The position numbers and the translations under genes were made by a program. DNA of 64,000 bases from an uncultured Chloroflexia bacterium (GTDB taxonomy: Bacteria > Chloroflexota > Limnocylindria > Limnocylindrales > CSP1-4), in assembly GCA_963798955.1 (NCBI GenBank), contig CAWCVO010000002.1, positions 512,122 to 576,121 of the forward strand. The letters are read 5' to 3'. This document shows positions 1 through 8,439 of the stretch, one piece after another. Positions within the stretch are counted from its first letter, which is position 1, and each line of letters starts with the position of its first letter. Below the pieces are notes generated by a model. That model had not been told where the DNA came from. It was given only the letters and a program-made list of their open reading frames with translations, and searched no databases.

Positions 1-3000
1 GGTCCAGGAAGGTCTGGCCGGTGTGGCCCGGGGGATAGCCCGTGAACCACTGGTTGCCGAGGTTGATCCACGGTATGTAGCTGATGACGTAGACCACCAC
101 GGGCACGGCCACGATGATCAGCAGTCCAAGTAGCCACGGCAGGCCCAGCGCGCCCGATCCGGGTCGCAACCAGCCTGACGGCGGCGGCGGTGCCGCCGGC
201 TCGCCGACGGCCCGTGGGCTGCGCGCCATTGGTCCGCGACCGGTCCGCCCGGCGAGCCACGCGCCGCCCAGGCAAAGCAGTCCGAAGGCGAGCATGCCGG
301 CGCCGACATAGATGAGGCGGGTGCCGGTGGGCGCTGTTGCCGCGCCAGCCGTGGCGAGCTGATAGGTACCAAAGGCAAGGATCGGCAGGCCGAGCACGAT
401 CGGTGCCCCGACGAGCAGGCGCAGCTCCTCGATCGTGAAGCGCACCGGCCGCAGGACCATGGCCGCAGCGAGCAGCGCGGTAAGGACGACCATGATGGCC
501 AGGAATGGGTAATTGATCTGTGGGTTGACCACGGTCGGATTGGGCGTGATCGCTATGTACCCGAGCAGGCCGGTCATCAGGATCATCAGCACGAGCGCCA
601 CGAAGCGGCCGAGCGCGGACCGGAGCAGGATCAGCAGCGCCACCGCGCCAAGGGCGTACAGGCCGACCCACTTGGAGGCGAGTGCCAGACCGAGCAGCAC
701 GCCCACCGCCAGCAATCCTGCGGCGATCTGCCATCTTCGGCGCCAACGGCCGAGCCATAACGGCACGAAGACGGCAAACGCGGCGACGATGAAGAAGGCC
801 ACGTAGACGTCGTTCATCGCTATGCGCGAATTGGCGAAGAACATGCCGTCGACAAGGACGAGCAGCGAAACGATCACGGCAACGCTGCGGCGGCGGAAGA
901 GGAAGCGCGCCAGGAGGTACAGAAACAGCGACAGCAGCGCCCCGGTGAAGACGCCCGGGAAGCGATAGGCGAATTGGTTGCTGCCGACGTCCACCGTCAT
1001 CCACTGGCCATTTGCCGAGAAGGCCAGCAGGTCATCGCGATCCTCCGCCGGCCGCAGAGGCTGAACATCGAGCGCGACAGCCACCGGCGTTGCGCTTAGG
1101 CGAGCGTCGGCGTAGACCGAGTTGCCGCGCGGTTCGACGATGTAAATGGTCGGCGAGCTGCCGTCCTGGCTGACTCCCAGCGCATGGATCTCGGTGGTCG
1201 CCGGGTTCCAGTAGACGTCGGTAACCATGTTGGGCATGGGTACGGTGCCGCTGGCCATCGGTGTGCCGTCGGTCGGCATGTCGATCGTCACGAGGTCCTT
1301 GCCGCTTGCGGCGTAGATTCTTGGCTGGTCGAGGCCCTGCGCCATCAGGTCCACTCCGGTCACCGCCGCGACGCTGGGGATCGACGCCAGTTCGCCGAGC
1401 GTTTGGACGTCGAGAATGACCACTCCCGAAACGGTGCCGACGGCGATGCCGCTGCCGTCCTCGATGGACGCCCCGGGCAAGGTGCCGGCATCGATGGCAC
1501 CCTGGATCTGGTCCGTACTCGCATCCACGTAGCCCGCCACGGCGACCGGGCCGGTGGCCGAAGCCAGCTCCGATTCGATGAGCGCGGAGGCGGCACTGAC
1601 GCTACCGAATAGCTTGTTGGCCAGATCGGTGCCCAGTAGTTGCGAGAGCGTCGTGGCAAACGCGGCCGGGTCGGCGACCTGGGTGGGGTCGGCGACGACC
1701 AGTGAGTGCGCGGGAACGGCGGTCATGCCCGTCGGCGCAGGGAGTGTGACGCGACCGGTCACCTCCGCCTGCCCGGGATTGACGCTCACCAGAGTTCCGC
1801 CCTCGGTCTCCGCGATCAGCTGGCCACCGGCCACTGCGAGGCGCTGGACATCGCCGGACAGCCCGCTCAGCTCGATGAGTGGGGAGGGCGCCAGCTGGGT
1901 CGGCGCCTGCGCGTCGGCGCGGATGAGGTCGAGCTCGCTCGTGGGCAGCTGCCAGACCTGGCCCGCGGCATCGGCAAGGTAGAGCACGTGCGCGTCCTGG
2001 TCGACCGCCAGCGCTGTGTAGCTGCCGGTGACCGTCGCGATCGGCTGGTGGGTGGCCAGGTCGTACACGCGCACGCTGTCGGGGGTCGCGACGTACAGCC
2101 GGTCACCATCTCGTTGGTTGGGCTGGTCGCCCGGGCTCCAGCGTGTCTCGGTGACGGCCGAGAGCACACTCGTGCCCAGGTCGACTGTGCTCGTGACCCG
2201 GTTGTCGCCCAGCGCCATGATGCCGACCGCCATCGCGTACTTGGCCAGGTGCGGGTGCGTGAACTCGTAGATCGAGTGGGGCATGCCGTACTGCCAGTCC
2301 TGCAGGAACTCCTTGGCTGTGCGGGCGTGGTACACCTCGTCAAAATGCGGCCCGAAGGGCACCTCGAGCCGGTAGGTGCGCAGCAGCAGCGCAGCGAGGA
2401 AGAAGAGCAGCATCAGCGCCACGTCGCGCCGGTCGAGCCGGCCGCCGGATTCGCCGACCAGCGTCGCGCTCCGGTCGCGGCGGACCGAGACCATCCCGGC
2501 GAAATGTGTCACGCGTTGCCACAGCCCGTGCGGGGCCACCTCGGTCGTGCCGTCGTCGGCGCCGAACGGCTCGTCGGCGAATGGCGCGCTGGCGGCGAAC
2601 GGATCGGGTTCGTCGAGCGCTTCGGGGCGCATCTGCCAGGCGATGAAGGCAAACCCGCCAAGGTTCAGCGCGACGGCGACGAGGACGCCGAGCGGCGAAC
2701 GGAACAGGTCGCCGAACGGCAGGCTGACCACGTTGGGCGAGCCATAGATGTCGATGGTCAGGATGCCGTGCAGGTTGATGAAGGCGCCGATCGAAAGCGC
2801 CACCGTGGCCCACAGCCAGCGCCGATCGACCACCGCCAGCAACGGCAGCAGCGCGAAGATCGGGAACATGTAGCGCTCGTGGACGCGCGTGGGCAGGATG
2901 AAGAACGCCAGTGCCAGGAAGGTGGTGACGATGACGATGCTGCGCCGGTCGTCGGACCAGAACGCGCGCACGACGCCGATTGCGAAGCCGACCAGGAGCA

Positions 3001-4030
3001 GCAGTGCGCCGATGACCACCGCGGGCAGTGGCCCGAACAGGGGCACGGTGTCCGACGACCAGCCACCGCCAAACGCAAGGGGTGCGTGCCCGTCGGCGCC
3101 GAGCAAGGCCCACGGGTTATAGGCGTTGACGCTCAGGTACGGGTAGCCGCCGGCGGTCTGGGTCATCTGGTTCCAGAAGCTGACGATGTCGAGCGAGAAG
3201 GGCGCCAGCAGCAGCAGCAGGACGATGAGCGAGACGACCGCCGAGGTCACGATGCGCAGCGGACCCTGTTCGCGGGCCAGCCAGCGCCGGACAGGGGCCA
3301 GGCGCCGCGGCAGCAGCACATCGTGACGCGGCGAGGAGCCGGGGCTCAACAGGTGGCGGCGCAACAGGACCACGCCCACGACTGGCAGCAGGACGATGCC
3401 GAACTGCGGCTTGATCAGTGCGGCGAGCACCGCGAGGAGGGAGGCGCCCTCCGCGTTGCCACGCACCAGGGCCGCCACCGTGAGCAGCGTGACCAGTGCC
3501 CCGACGGCGTCGGTCTGGCCCCAGATCGCCGAGTCGTACCAGGTCACCGGGTTGAACAGGTAGATGGCCGCGGCGATGAGCGCCAGGCGGCTGGCGTCGC
3601 GGCGTGGTTGGAGCCAGGTGCGCAGCACGCGATAGAGCAGGTAGCCGACCAGGACGTCGGCGATGATCGCGGGGAGCTTGATGAGCGCCGTCGTCGCGGC
3701 TACTCCGTCACCACCGGCGAATGGCGCGAGCAACTGGCCCAGGCCGCCGATCAGCCACAGGACGTAGAGATAACCGGGCGGGTAGTCGGCAAAGCCCGCC
3801 GTTGCATAGAACGTGCCTGAACCGTGGTTGGCGAGCTGGACTGCCCACGCAGTGAACGTGCCAATGTCAGTCTGGAAGCCGGAGCCCGGCAGCAGCACGT
3901 ATGCGATAGTTAGACGAAGGAGCAGCCCGACGAGCAGGACGATGGCAATGCCGGAGGCGGCCGCACCCGCTCTGAACGGGCTCCCGGAAACTTCGGCCCG
4001 GCCGGCCCCATCCGCCTGGGGCGTTGTCAC
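1..4030 (-). CDS. Very large multi-pass membrane glycosyltransferase (>1343 aa, 3' end outside window): N-terminal GT-C module + PMT/GT39-like module interrupted by a soluble beta-rich domain
   Basis: Manual minus-strand translation from GTG at 4030 (GGAGG upstream, TATACT at 4069-4074). The same frame gives FADYPPGYLYVLW near the start, PHFDEVYHARTA...YEFTHPHLAK at ~2350-2240, SRIAMNDVYV and LASKWVG at ~830-660, and reads sense up to base 2. It is absent from the ORF track because there is no stop in the window. Confidence 0.85.
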   Translation of the reverse strand, partial: MTTPQADGAGRAEVSGSPFRAGAAASGIAIVLLVGLLLRLTIAYVLLPGSGFQTDIGTFTAWAVQLANHGSGTFYATAGFADYPPGYLYVLWLIGGLGQLLAPFAGGDGVAATTALIKLPAIIADVLVGYLLYRVLRTWLQPRRDASRLALIAAAIYLFNPVTWYDSAIWGQTDAVGALVTLLTVAALVRGNAEGASLLAVLAALIKPQFGIVLLPVVGVVLLRRHLLSPGSSPRHDVLLPRRLAPVRRWLAREQGPLRIVTSAVVSLIVLLLLLAPFSLDIVSFWNQMTQTAGGYPYLSVNAYNPWALLGADGHAPLAFGGGWSSDTVPLFGPLPAVVIGALLLLVGFAIGVVRAFWSDDRRSIVIVTTFLALAFFILPTRVHERYMFPIFALLPLLAVVDRRWLWATVALSIGAFINLHGILTIDIYGSPNVVSLPFGDLFRSPLGVLVAVALNLGGFAFIAWQMRPEALDEPDPFAASAPFADEPFGADDGTTEVAPHGLWQRVTHFAGMVSVRRDRSATLVGESGGRLDRRDVALMLLFFLAALLLRTYRLEVPFGPHFDEVYHARTAKEFLQDWQYGMPHSIYEFTHPHLAKYAMAVGIMALGDNRVTSTVDLGTSVLSAVTETRWSPGDQPNQRDGDRLYVATPDSVRVYDLATHQPIATVTGSYTALAVDQDAHVLYLADAAGQVWQLPTSELDLIRADAQAPTQLAPSPLIELSGLSGDVQRLAVAGGQLIAETEGGTLVSVNPGQAEVTGRVTLPAPTGMTAVPAHSLVVADPTQVADPAAFATTLSQLLGTDLANKLFGSVSAASALIESELASATGPVAVAGYVDASTDQIQGAIDAGTLPGASIEDGSGIAVGTVSGVVILDVQTLGELASIPSVAAVTGVDLMAQGLDQPRIYAASGKDLVTIDMPTDGTPMASGTVPMPNMVTDVYWNPATTEIHALGVSQDGSSPTIYIVEPRGNSVYADARLSATPVAVALDVQPLRPAEDRDDLLAFSANGQWMTVDVGSNQFAYRFPGVFTGALLSLFLYLLARFLFRRRSVAVIVSLLVLVDGMFFANSRIAMNDVYVAFFIVAAFAVFVPLWLGRWRRRWQIAAGLLAVGVLLGLALASKWVGLYALGAVALLILLRSALGRFVALVLMILMTGLLGYIAITPNPTVVNPQINYPFLAIMVVLTALLAAAMVLRPVRFTIEELRLLVGAPIVLGLPILAFGTYQLATAGAATAPTGTRLIYVGAGMLAFGLLCLGGAWLAGRTGRGPMARSPRAVGEPAAPPPPSGWLRPGSGALGLPWLLGLLIIVAVPVVVYVISYIPWINLGNQWFTGYPPGHTGQTFLD

Positions 4031-4107
4031 TTTCGACCGAACCTCCAGAGGTTGACGAGGTGCAGCCGAGTATAGCGATCTCTCCCGAGCGAACCCCGGG
4101 TCGCGGG

Positions 4108-5547
4108 GTGGGTGGATTCGAGGCGCGGCTGGAGGCTCTCCTGGGCCGGTTCAGCCTGGCGCACATCGGCTTGTTCTTCGTGGCGCTGGCGCTGATCGTG
4201 TACCTCGTCTCCGACCCCACGCGCATCGGTTGGTACAACCACTTCGTCTGGCAAGCGGACGCCTACCTGCACGGCCGCTTCGTGATCTCGTACCCCGTCT
4301 CGAGCGGGCCGTACCAGAACGGCTACCTCAACGATGTGATGCCGCTGCCGGCGGTGCCCGGCCAGCCGAGCTACGGCCTGCTGCCGTTCCCGCCGCTGCC
4401 GGCGGTGCTGCTGCTGCCGTTCGTCGCGGTTTTCGGGCTGGCGACCGACGCGCAACTGTTCGGAGTCGTGCTCGGGGCGATCAACATCGGCCTCACCTGG
4501 CGCATGTTGTCGCGCGTTACGAGCAACCGCGCCGCGGTCTTCATGACCACCCTGTTCTTCGCGTTCGGCACCGCCCACTACTACTCGGCGATGCTCTCGA
4601 CAACGTGGTTCCTGGCCCATGTGGTCGCAACCACCTTCCTGCTCCTTGGTATCACGCTCGCCCTGGACGCGGAGCGACGCGAGCAGTTGCGCGCGGCGCT
4701 GGGGCGCCTCACCGGTGGGCCAGCAGGCATCAGCTCGCAGGTCACACGGCGCGGGACCCTGACTGCGACGTTCGAGGAACGCAGCCTGTTCCTCAACTGG
4801 TTCCGCGTGGCACGGGCGCAGATCGACCCGCTGCAGTTCATGGCCGGCTTCGTCTTTGGCCTCGCCGCGTTGTCGCGCCTCACCACGGTGTTCGGCGCAC
4901 CGTTCTTTGCCCTCGTCGGTGGTGGGGGTTCGTTCTGGAAGCGAGCCTTCTCGTCGGGGCTCGGCGCCATCCTGCCCGGGCTGCTCCTGCTCGCCTACAA
5001 CCTCGCCTCGACCGGACACATCTTCAACCCGGCGTACGACTGGTTGTTTCACACCGAGTACCACGGCTACATGCCGTCGTGGCTGCCGATCGATGAGACC
5101 AAGGGCATCGAGGACATCGCCAACGTGCCGCGCAATGCACTGATCATGTTCGGCTGGATGCCGACCATCAACCCGTCATGCGGCCTGTCGCTGTTCGACA
5201 CGACCTGTGCCCTGATCAGGCCGGACCCAATCGGCATGAGCATCCTGCTGACCAGCCCGGCGTACCTCCTGGGCGTGCCGCTGGCCATGCGCGAGTGGCG
5301 CAACCGGCTGGTCCTCGGTGCGGCCATTGCCACAGTGGCGATCGGGTTTGCCGTGCTGATGAACTTCGGGCCGGGTTGGGTCCAATTCGGCTTCCGGCGC
5401 AGCCTCGACTTCGCGCCCTTCGCACTTATCCTGGTGGCCCTGGCGATGGCCCGCTTCGGCGTGGGCAAAGTCGTGGTCGCACTCGTGGCGTTCTCGATCA
5501 TCGTCAATGCGTGGGGCGTCTATTGGGGCGTGGCGTTGAACTGGTGA
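4108..5547 (+). CDS. Polytopic membrane protein, putative GT-C fold glycosyltransferase
   Basis: ORF 4024..5547. GTG 4108 is preferred because 4024 overlaps the divergent gene start. About 10-12 hydrophobic segments, YNHFVWQADAYLHGR in the first loop and a GWVQFGFRRSLDF C-terminal motif. Confidence 0.6.
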   Translation: MGGFEARLEALLGRFSLAHIGLFFVALALIVYLVSDPTRIGWYNHFVWQADAYLHGRFVISYPVSSGPYQNGYLNDVMPLPAVPGQPSYGLLPFPPLPAVLLLPFVAVFGLATDAQLFGVVLGAINIGLTWRMLSRVTSNRAAVFMTTLFFAFGTAHYYSAMLSTTWFLAHVVATTFLLLGITLALDAERREQLRAALGRLTGGPAGISSQVTRRGTLTATFEERSLFLNWFRVARAQIDPLQFMAGFVFGLAALSRLTTVFGAPFFALVGGGGSFWKRAFSSGLGAILPGLLLLAYNLASTGHIFNPAYDWLFHTEYHGYMPSWLPIDETKGIEDIANVPRNALIMFGWMPTINPSCGLSLFDTTCALIRPDPIGMSILLTSPAYLLGVPLAMREWRNRLVLGAAIATVAIGFAVLMNFGPGWVQFGFRRSLDFAPFALILVALAMARFGVGKVVVALVAFSIIVNAWGVYWGVALNW

Positions 5548-5566
5548 CGCGCACGACGGCCGCCCG

Positions 5567-7087
5567 GTGACGCTCACCGTACGCTCGCGCATGCTCATCG
5601 CGGCGCTCATCGTGGCGCTGCCCGCACTGCTCCTGTATCGCCTCACGTTGCTGCCCGACGTCGGCTTCTGGGACACCGCCGAGTTCCAGGCCGTGGGACC
5701 CGTGCTGGGCATCGCGCATCCCACCGGGTACCCGACCTACACCCTGCTCGCGTGGCTGGCATCGGTCCTCCTGCAGCCGTTTGGCAACGAGGCCTTCCGG
5801 GCAAACCTGATGTCAGCACTCGCGGTCGCAGCCGCCTGCGGCCTGGTGGCCGTGACGGTGACCGTGCTCACCCGCCGGGCGGTGATTGGCGTGGCCGCGG
5901 GCTTCGCCCTTGGGCTCGCGACAGAGCCGTGGAGCATTGCCCTTGCGGCCGATCCCCACGCCCTGCACCTGGGCCTTGCAGCGCTGCTCCTGTTCACGCT
6001 CGTGATGTGGGGCGAACGCACGTCCCACGGGCGGGCGGCCGATCGCTGGCTGGTCGCCTCCGCCGCCGTCTACGCCGTCGCGTTGGGCAACCACGCGCTG
6101 ACCATCCTGCTCGCTCCGGGCATCGCCCTGTACCTGATCTTCGTCGAGCCCGGGGTCGTCCGGCGCTGGCGCCTGGTGGCAGTCTGTGCCGCAACCCTGG
6201 TCGGTTTGACGCTCGCCATCTATGCCTACCTGCCGCTGCGTTCGGCGATGAACCCGCCGCTTGACTACGGCAACCCACAGACACTCGCGGGCTTCATGTA
6301 TGTCGTCTTCGCCCAGCAGTTCCACGGCGATTTCGGCGCGCTTCCCGGTCTCACTGAAGCGCTTCACCAGGTGGCCGATGGAACCTACGCGCAGCTCGGC
6401 CCATTCGCCCTCCTCGCCTTGGCCGGCGCGATCCTGGGCGCATTTCGGCGGCCGGGGCTGGTGCTCCTGCTGATCAGCTGGTTTGCGTTGACGTGGTTCT
6501 TCGCACTGGGCTACAGCAACGCCGACATCAACCGTTACTACCTGGTGCCGATCATGGCCGCCGTCGTGCTCGGTGCGCTTGCCATCGGTGAAATCTGGCG
6601 ATTCCTGAACCGGTTGACGGCGCGGCGCCTCCCGCCGCGAGGTAAGGCGGTGGCGCATTTCGCATTTGGCGCCGCCACGTTGCTGCTGGTAGTGCCTGGT
6701 CTCGCATCGGTTCCAGTACGCCTGCCGGCGCTCGACCAGTCGAACGACCGGGCGGCACGGGCGTGGCTCGACACGGCCTTCACGGAACTGCCCCGCGGTG
6801 CGTTGGTGGTCAGCTGGTGGAGTTACTCGACAACGCTGTGGTACGGGCAGTTCGTCGAACACCGCCGGCCGGACATCACGGTGATCGACGATTCGACGAT
6901 CGCCCAACAGGGTCTCGGCAGTCCGCAGGCGGTGATCGACGCCAACCTGGGCCAGCGACCAGTTTTCCTGATCCGGATTCCCTCCGACCTCGACGCGTTC
7001 GAGCAGAAGTACGCGCTCGCGCCGCTGCCCCATCTATCGCCTGGCGAGATCTACCAGGTCGAGCCGCTCCCGGCCGCCCACCTATAA
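5567..7087 (+). CDS. DUF2723 / TMEM260-like GT-C protein (putative protein O-mannosyltransferase)
   Basis: N-terminal WDTAEFQAVGPVLGIAHPTGYPTY motif typical of DUF2723, many TM helices, YLPLRSAMNPPLDYGNP motif. Confidence 0.8.
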   Translation: MTLTVRSRMLIAALIVALPALLLYRLTLLPDVGFWDTAEFQAVGPVLGIAHPTGYPTYTLLAWLASVLLQPFGNEAFRANLMSALAVAAACGLVAVTVTVLTRRAVIGVAAGFALGLATEPWSIALAADPHALHLGLAALLLFTLVMWGERTSHGRAADRWLVASAAVYAVALGNHALTILLAPGIALYLIFVEPGVVRRWRLVAVCAATLVGLTLAIYAYLPLRSAMNPPLDYGNPQTLAGFMYVVFAQQFHGDFGALPGLTEALHQVADGTYAQLGPFALLALAGAILGAFRRPGLVLLLISWFALTWFFALGYSNADINRYYLVPIMAAVVLGALAIGEIWRFLNRLTARRLPPRGKAVAHFAFGAATLLLVVPGLASVPVRLPALDQSNDRAARAWLDTAFTELPRGALVVSWWSYSTTLWYGQFVEHRRPDITVIDDSTIAQQGLGSPQAVIDANLGQRPVFLIRIPSDLDAFEQKYALAPLPHLSPGEIYQVEPLPAAHL

Positions 7088-7094
7088 TCCCGCC

Positions 7095-7877
7095 GTGCCC
7101 CAGGTCGCATCACCTTCTGTCGACCGGGCGCGCGTGGCCGAGCTGTCCTTCTTCTTTCCCGCCCACAACGAGGCCGACAACATCGGTGCCTTCGTGGCCG
7201 AGGCCCTGTCCGTCCTGCCCACACTTGCCGACCGCTTCGAGATCATTGCGGTCGACGACGGGAGCCGCGACGCGACGCCCGAGATCGCCGATCAACTGGC
7301 CGCCGAACACCCGCAGGTGCGCGCTGTCCGTCACGACGTGAACCAAGGCTACGGTGCCGCCCTGCGAAGTGGTTTCCGGGCCGCCCGATTCGATTTGATC
7401 GCCTTTCTCGATGGCGATCGGCAGTTCCGCGTGAGCGACATCGGTCGCCTGCTCGAGCGCATGGCGGAGGCCGACCAGCCAGACGTCGTGATCGGCTTTC
7501 GCCTGCAGCGCGCTGACGCGTTCATACGGCTCGCCTACGCGCGCGGCTATCGGCTGGCCCTGCGCGTCTTCTTCGGCCTGCCGGCACGCGACCCTGATTG
7601 CGCGTGCAAGCTGTTCAGGCGCGATGCCCTGGCCGGGATTCGGCTCGAATTGGGCGGCGCCTTCATGTCGGCGGAACTGCTCATCAAGCTGCGCCAGAGC
7701 GGCCGCCGGATCGCCCAGATCGGCGTCCCGCACTACCCGCGCACCGCAGGCAGCGCGTCAGGCGCCAACCCGCGCGTCGTACTGCGCGCGGTGCGCGACT
7801 TCTGGAACCTGCGCCTGCGACTGTGGGTCAATCGCCAGCGAGCGCTGGCGCGCGGCGCCGCGGTGCTCAGCGACTAG
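7095..7877 (+). CDS. GT2 family glycosyltransferase (polyprenol-phosphate mannose/sugar synthase-like)
   Basis: FFPAHNEADNI, VDDGSRD, NQGYGAAL, FLDGDRQF (DxD) and DPDCACKLF motifs. Confidence 0.85.
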   Translation: MPQVASPSVDRARVAELSFFFPAHNEADNIGAFVAEALSVLPTLADRFEIIAVDDGSRDATPEIADQLAAEHPQVRAVRHDVNQGYGAALRSGFRAARFDLIAFLDGDRQFRVSDIGRLLERMAEADQPDVVIGFRLQRADAFIRLAYARGYRLALRVFFGLPARDPDCACKLFRRDALAGIRLELGGAFMSAELLIKLRQSGRRIAQIGVPHYPRTAGSASGANPRVVLRAVRDFWNLRLRLWVNRQRALARGAAVLSD

Positions 7878-8395
7878 TCGGGTTTGTCGCCCTCGTCGGG
7901 CAGATCGACGTTCAGCGAATTCACGAAGTCGCGGAAGACCGACAGCTTCTCGTCCTCGGCACCCTCGGGCATGACGCCTGCTCGATCGAGTACCGCATCA
8001 GTGGCGAAGATCGGCACGCCGGTACGGACGGCCAGGGCAATGGCATCGCTGGGACGCGCGTCGAGGTCGAGTTCGCGGCCGTCGAGTTGGAGCAGCAGGC
8101 GTGCCCGGAAGGTGTCCTCGGCGAGGTCGGAGACGATGATCTGCTTGACCGTCACGCCGAGCTCGGACAGCACCAGGCTGAACAGATCGTGCGTCATCGG
8201 CCGTTCCGGGGTGACGCCCTGCAGCCGCATGGCGATGGCGTTTGCTTCCCAGGGCCCGATCCAGATGGGCAGGTAGCGCTCGCGCTGCGTGTCGCGCAGG
8301 ATGACTACGTGCTGTGACGAGAGCATGTGCACACGGACGCTCTCGACGACCATCTCATTGAGGCCCGTGCCGTTCGTGTCGCCCCCACCGGACAT
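7874..8395 (-). CDS. Bifunctional nuclease family protein (DUF151)
   Basis: LPIWIGPWEANAIA, RPMTHDL and DARPSDAIALA motifs. ATG 8395 lies 6 nt after a TAGAAT -10. Confidence 0.9.
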   Translation of the reverse strand: MSGGGDTNGTGLNEMVVESVRVHMLSSQHVVILRDTQRERYLPIWIGPWEANAIAMRLQGVTPERPMTHDLFSLVLSELGVTVKQIIVSDLAEDTFRARLLLQLDGRELDLDARPSDAIALAVRTGVPIFATDAVLDRAGVMPEGAEDEKLSVFRDFVNSLNVDLPDEGDKPD

Positions 8396-8439
8396 GGTCA
8401 AATTCTAGCCGCGGGCCCTGGCTCGGACGCCGGCGCGCC

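Noticed and set aside
1706-3820. 704-aa plus-strand ORF
   Set aside because: Antisense shadow of the minus-strand glycosyltransferase. It is Arg/His/Gln-rich with no motifs.
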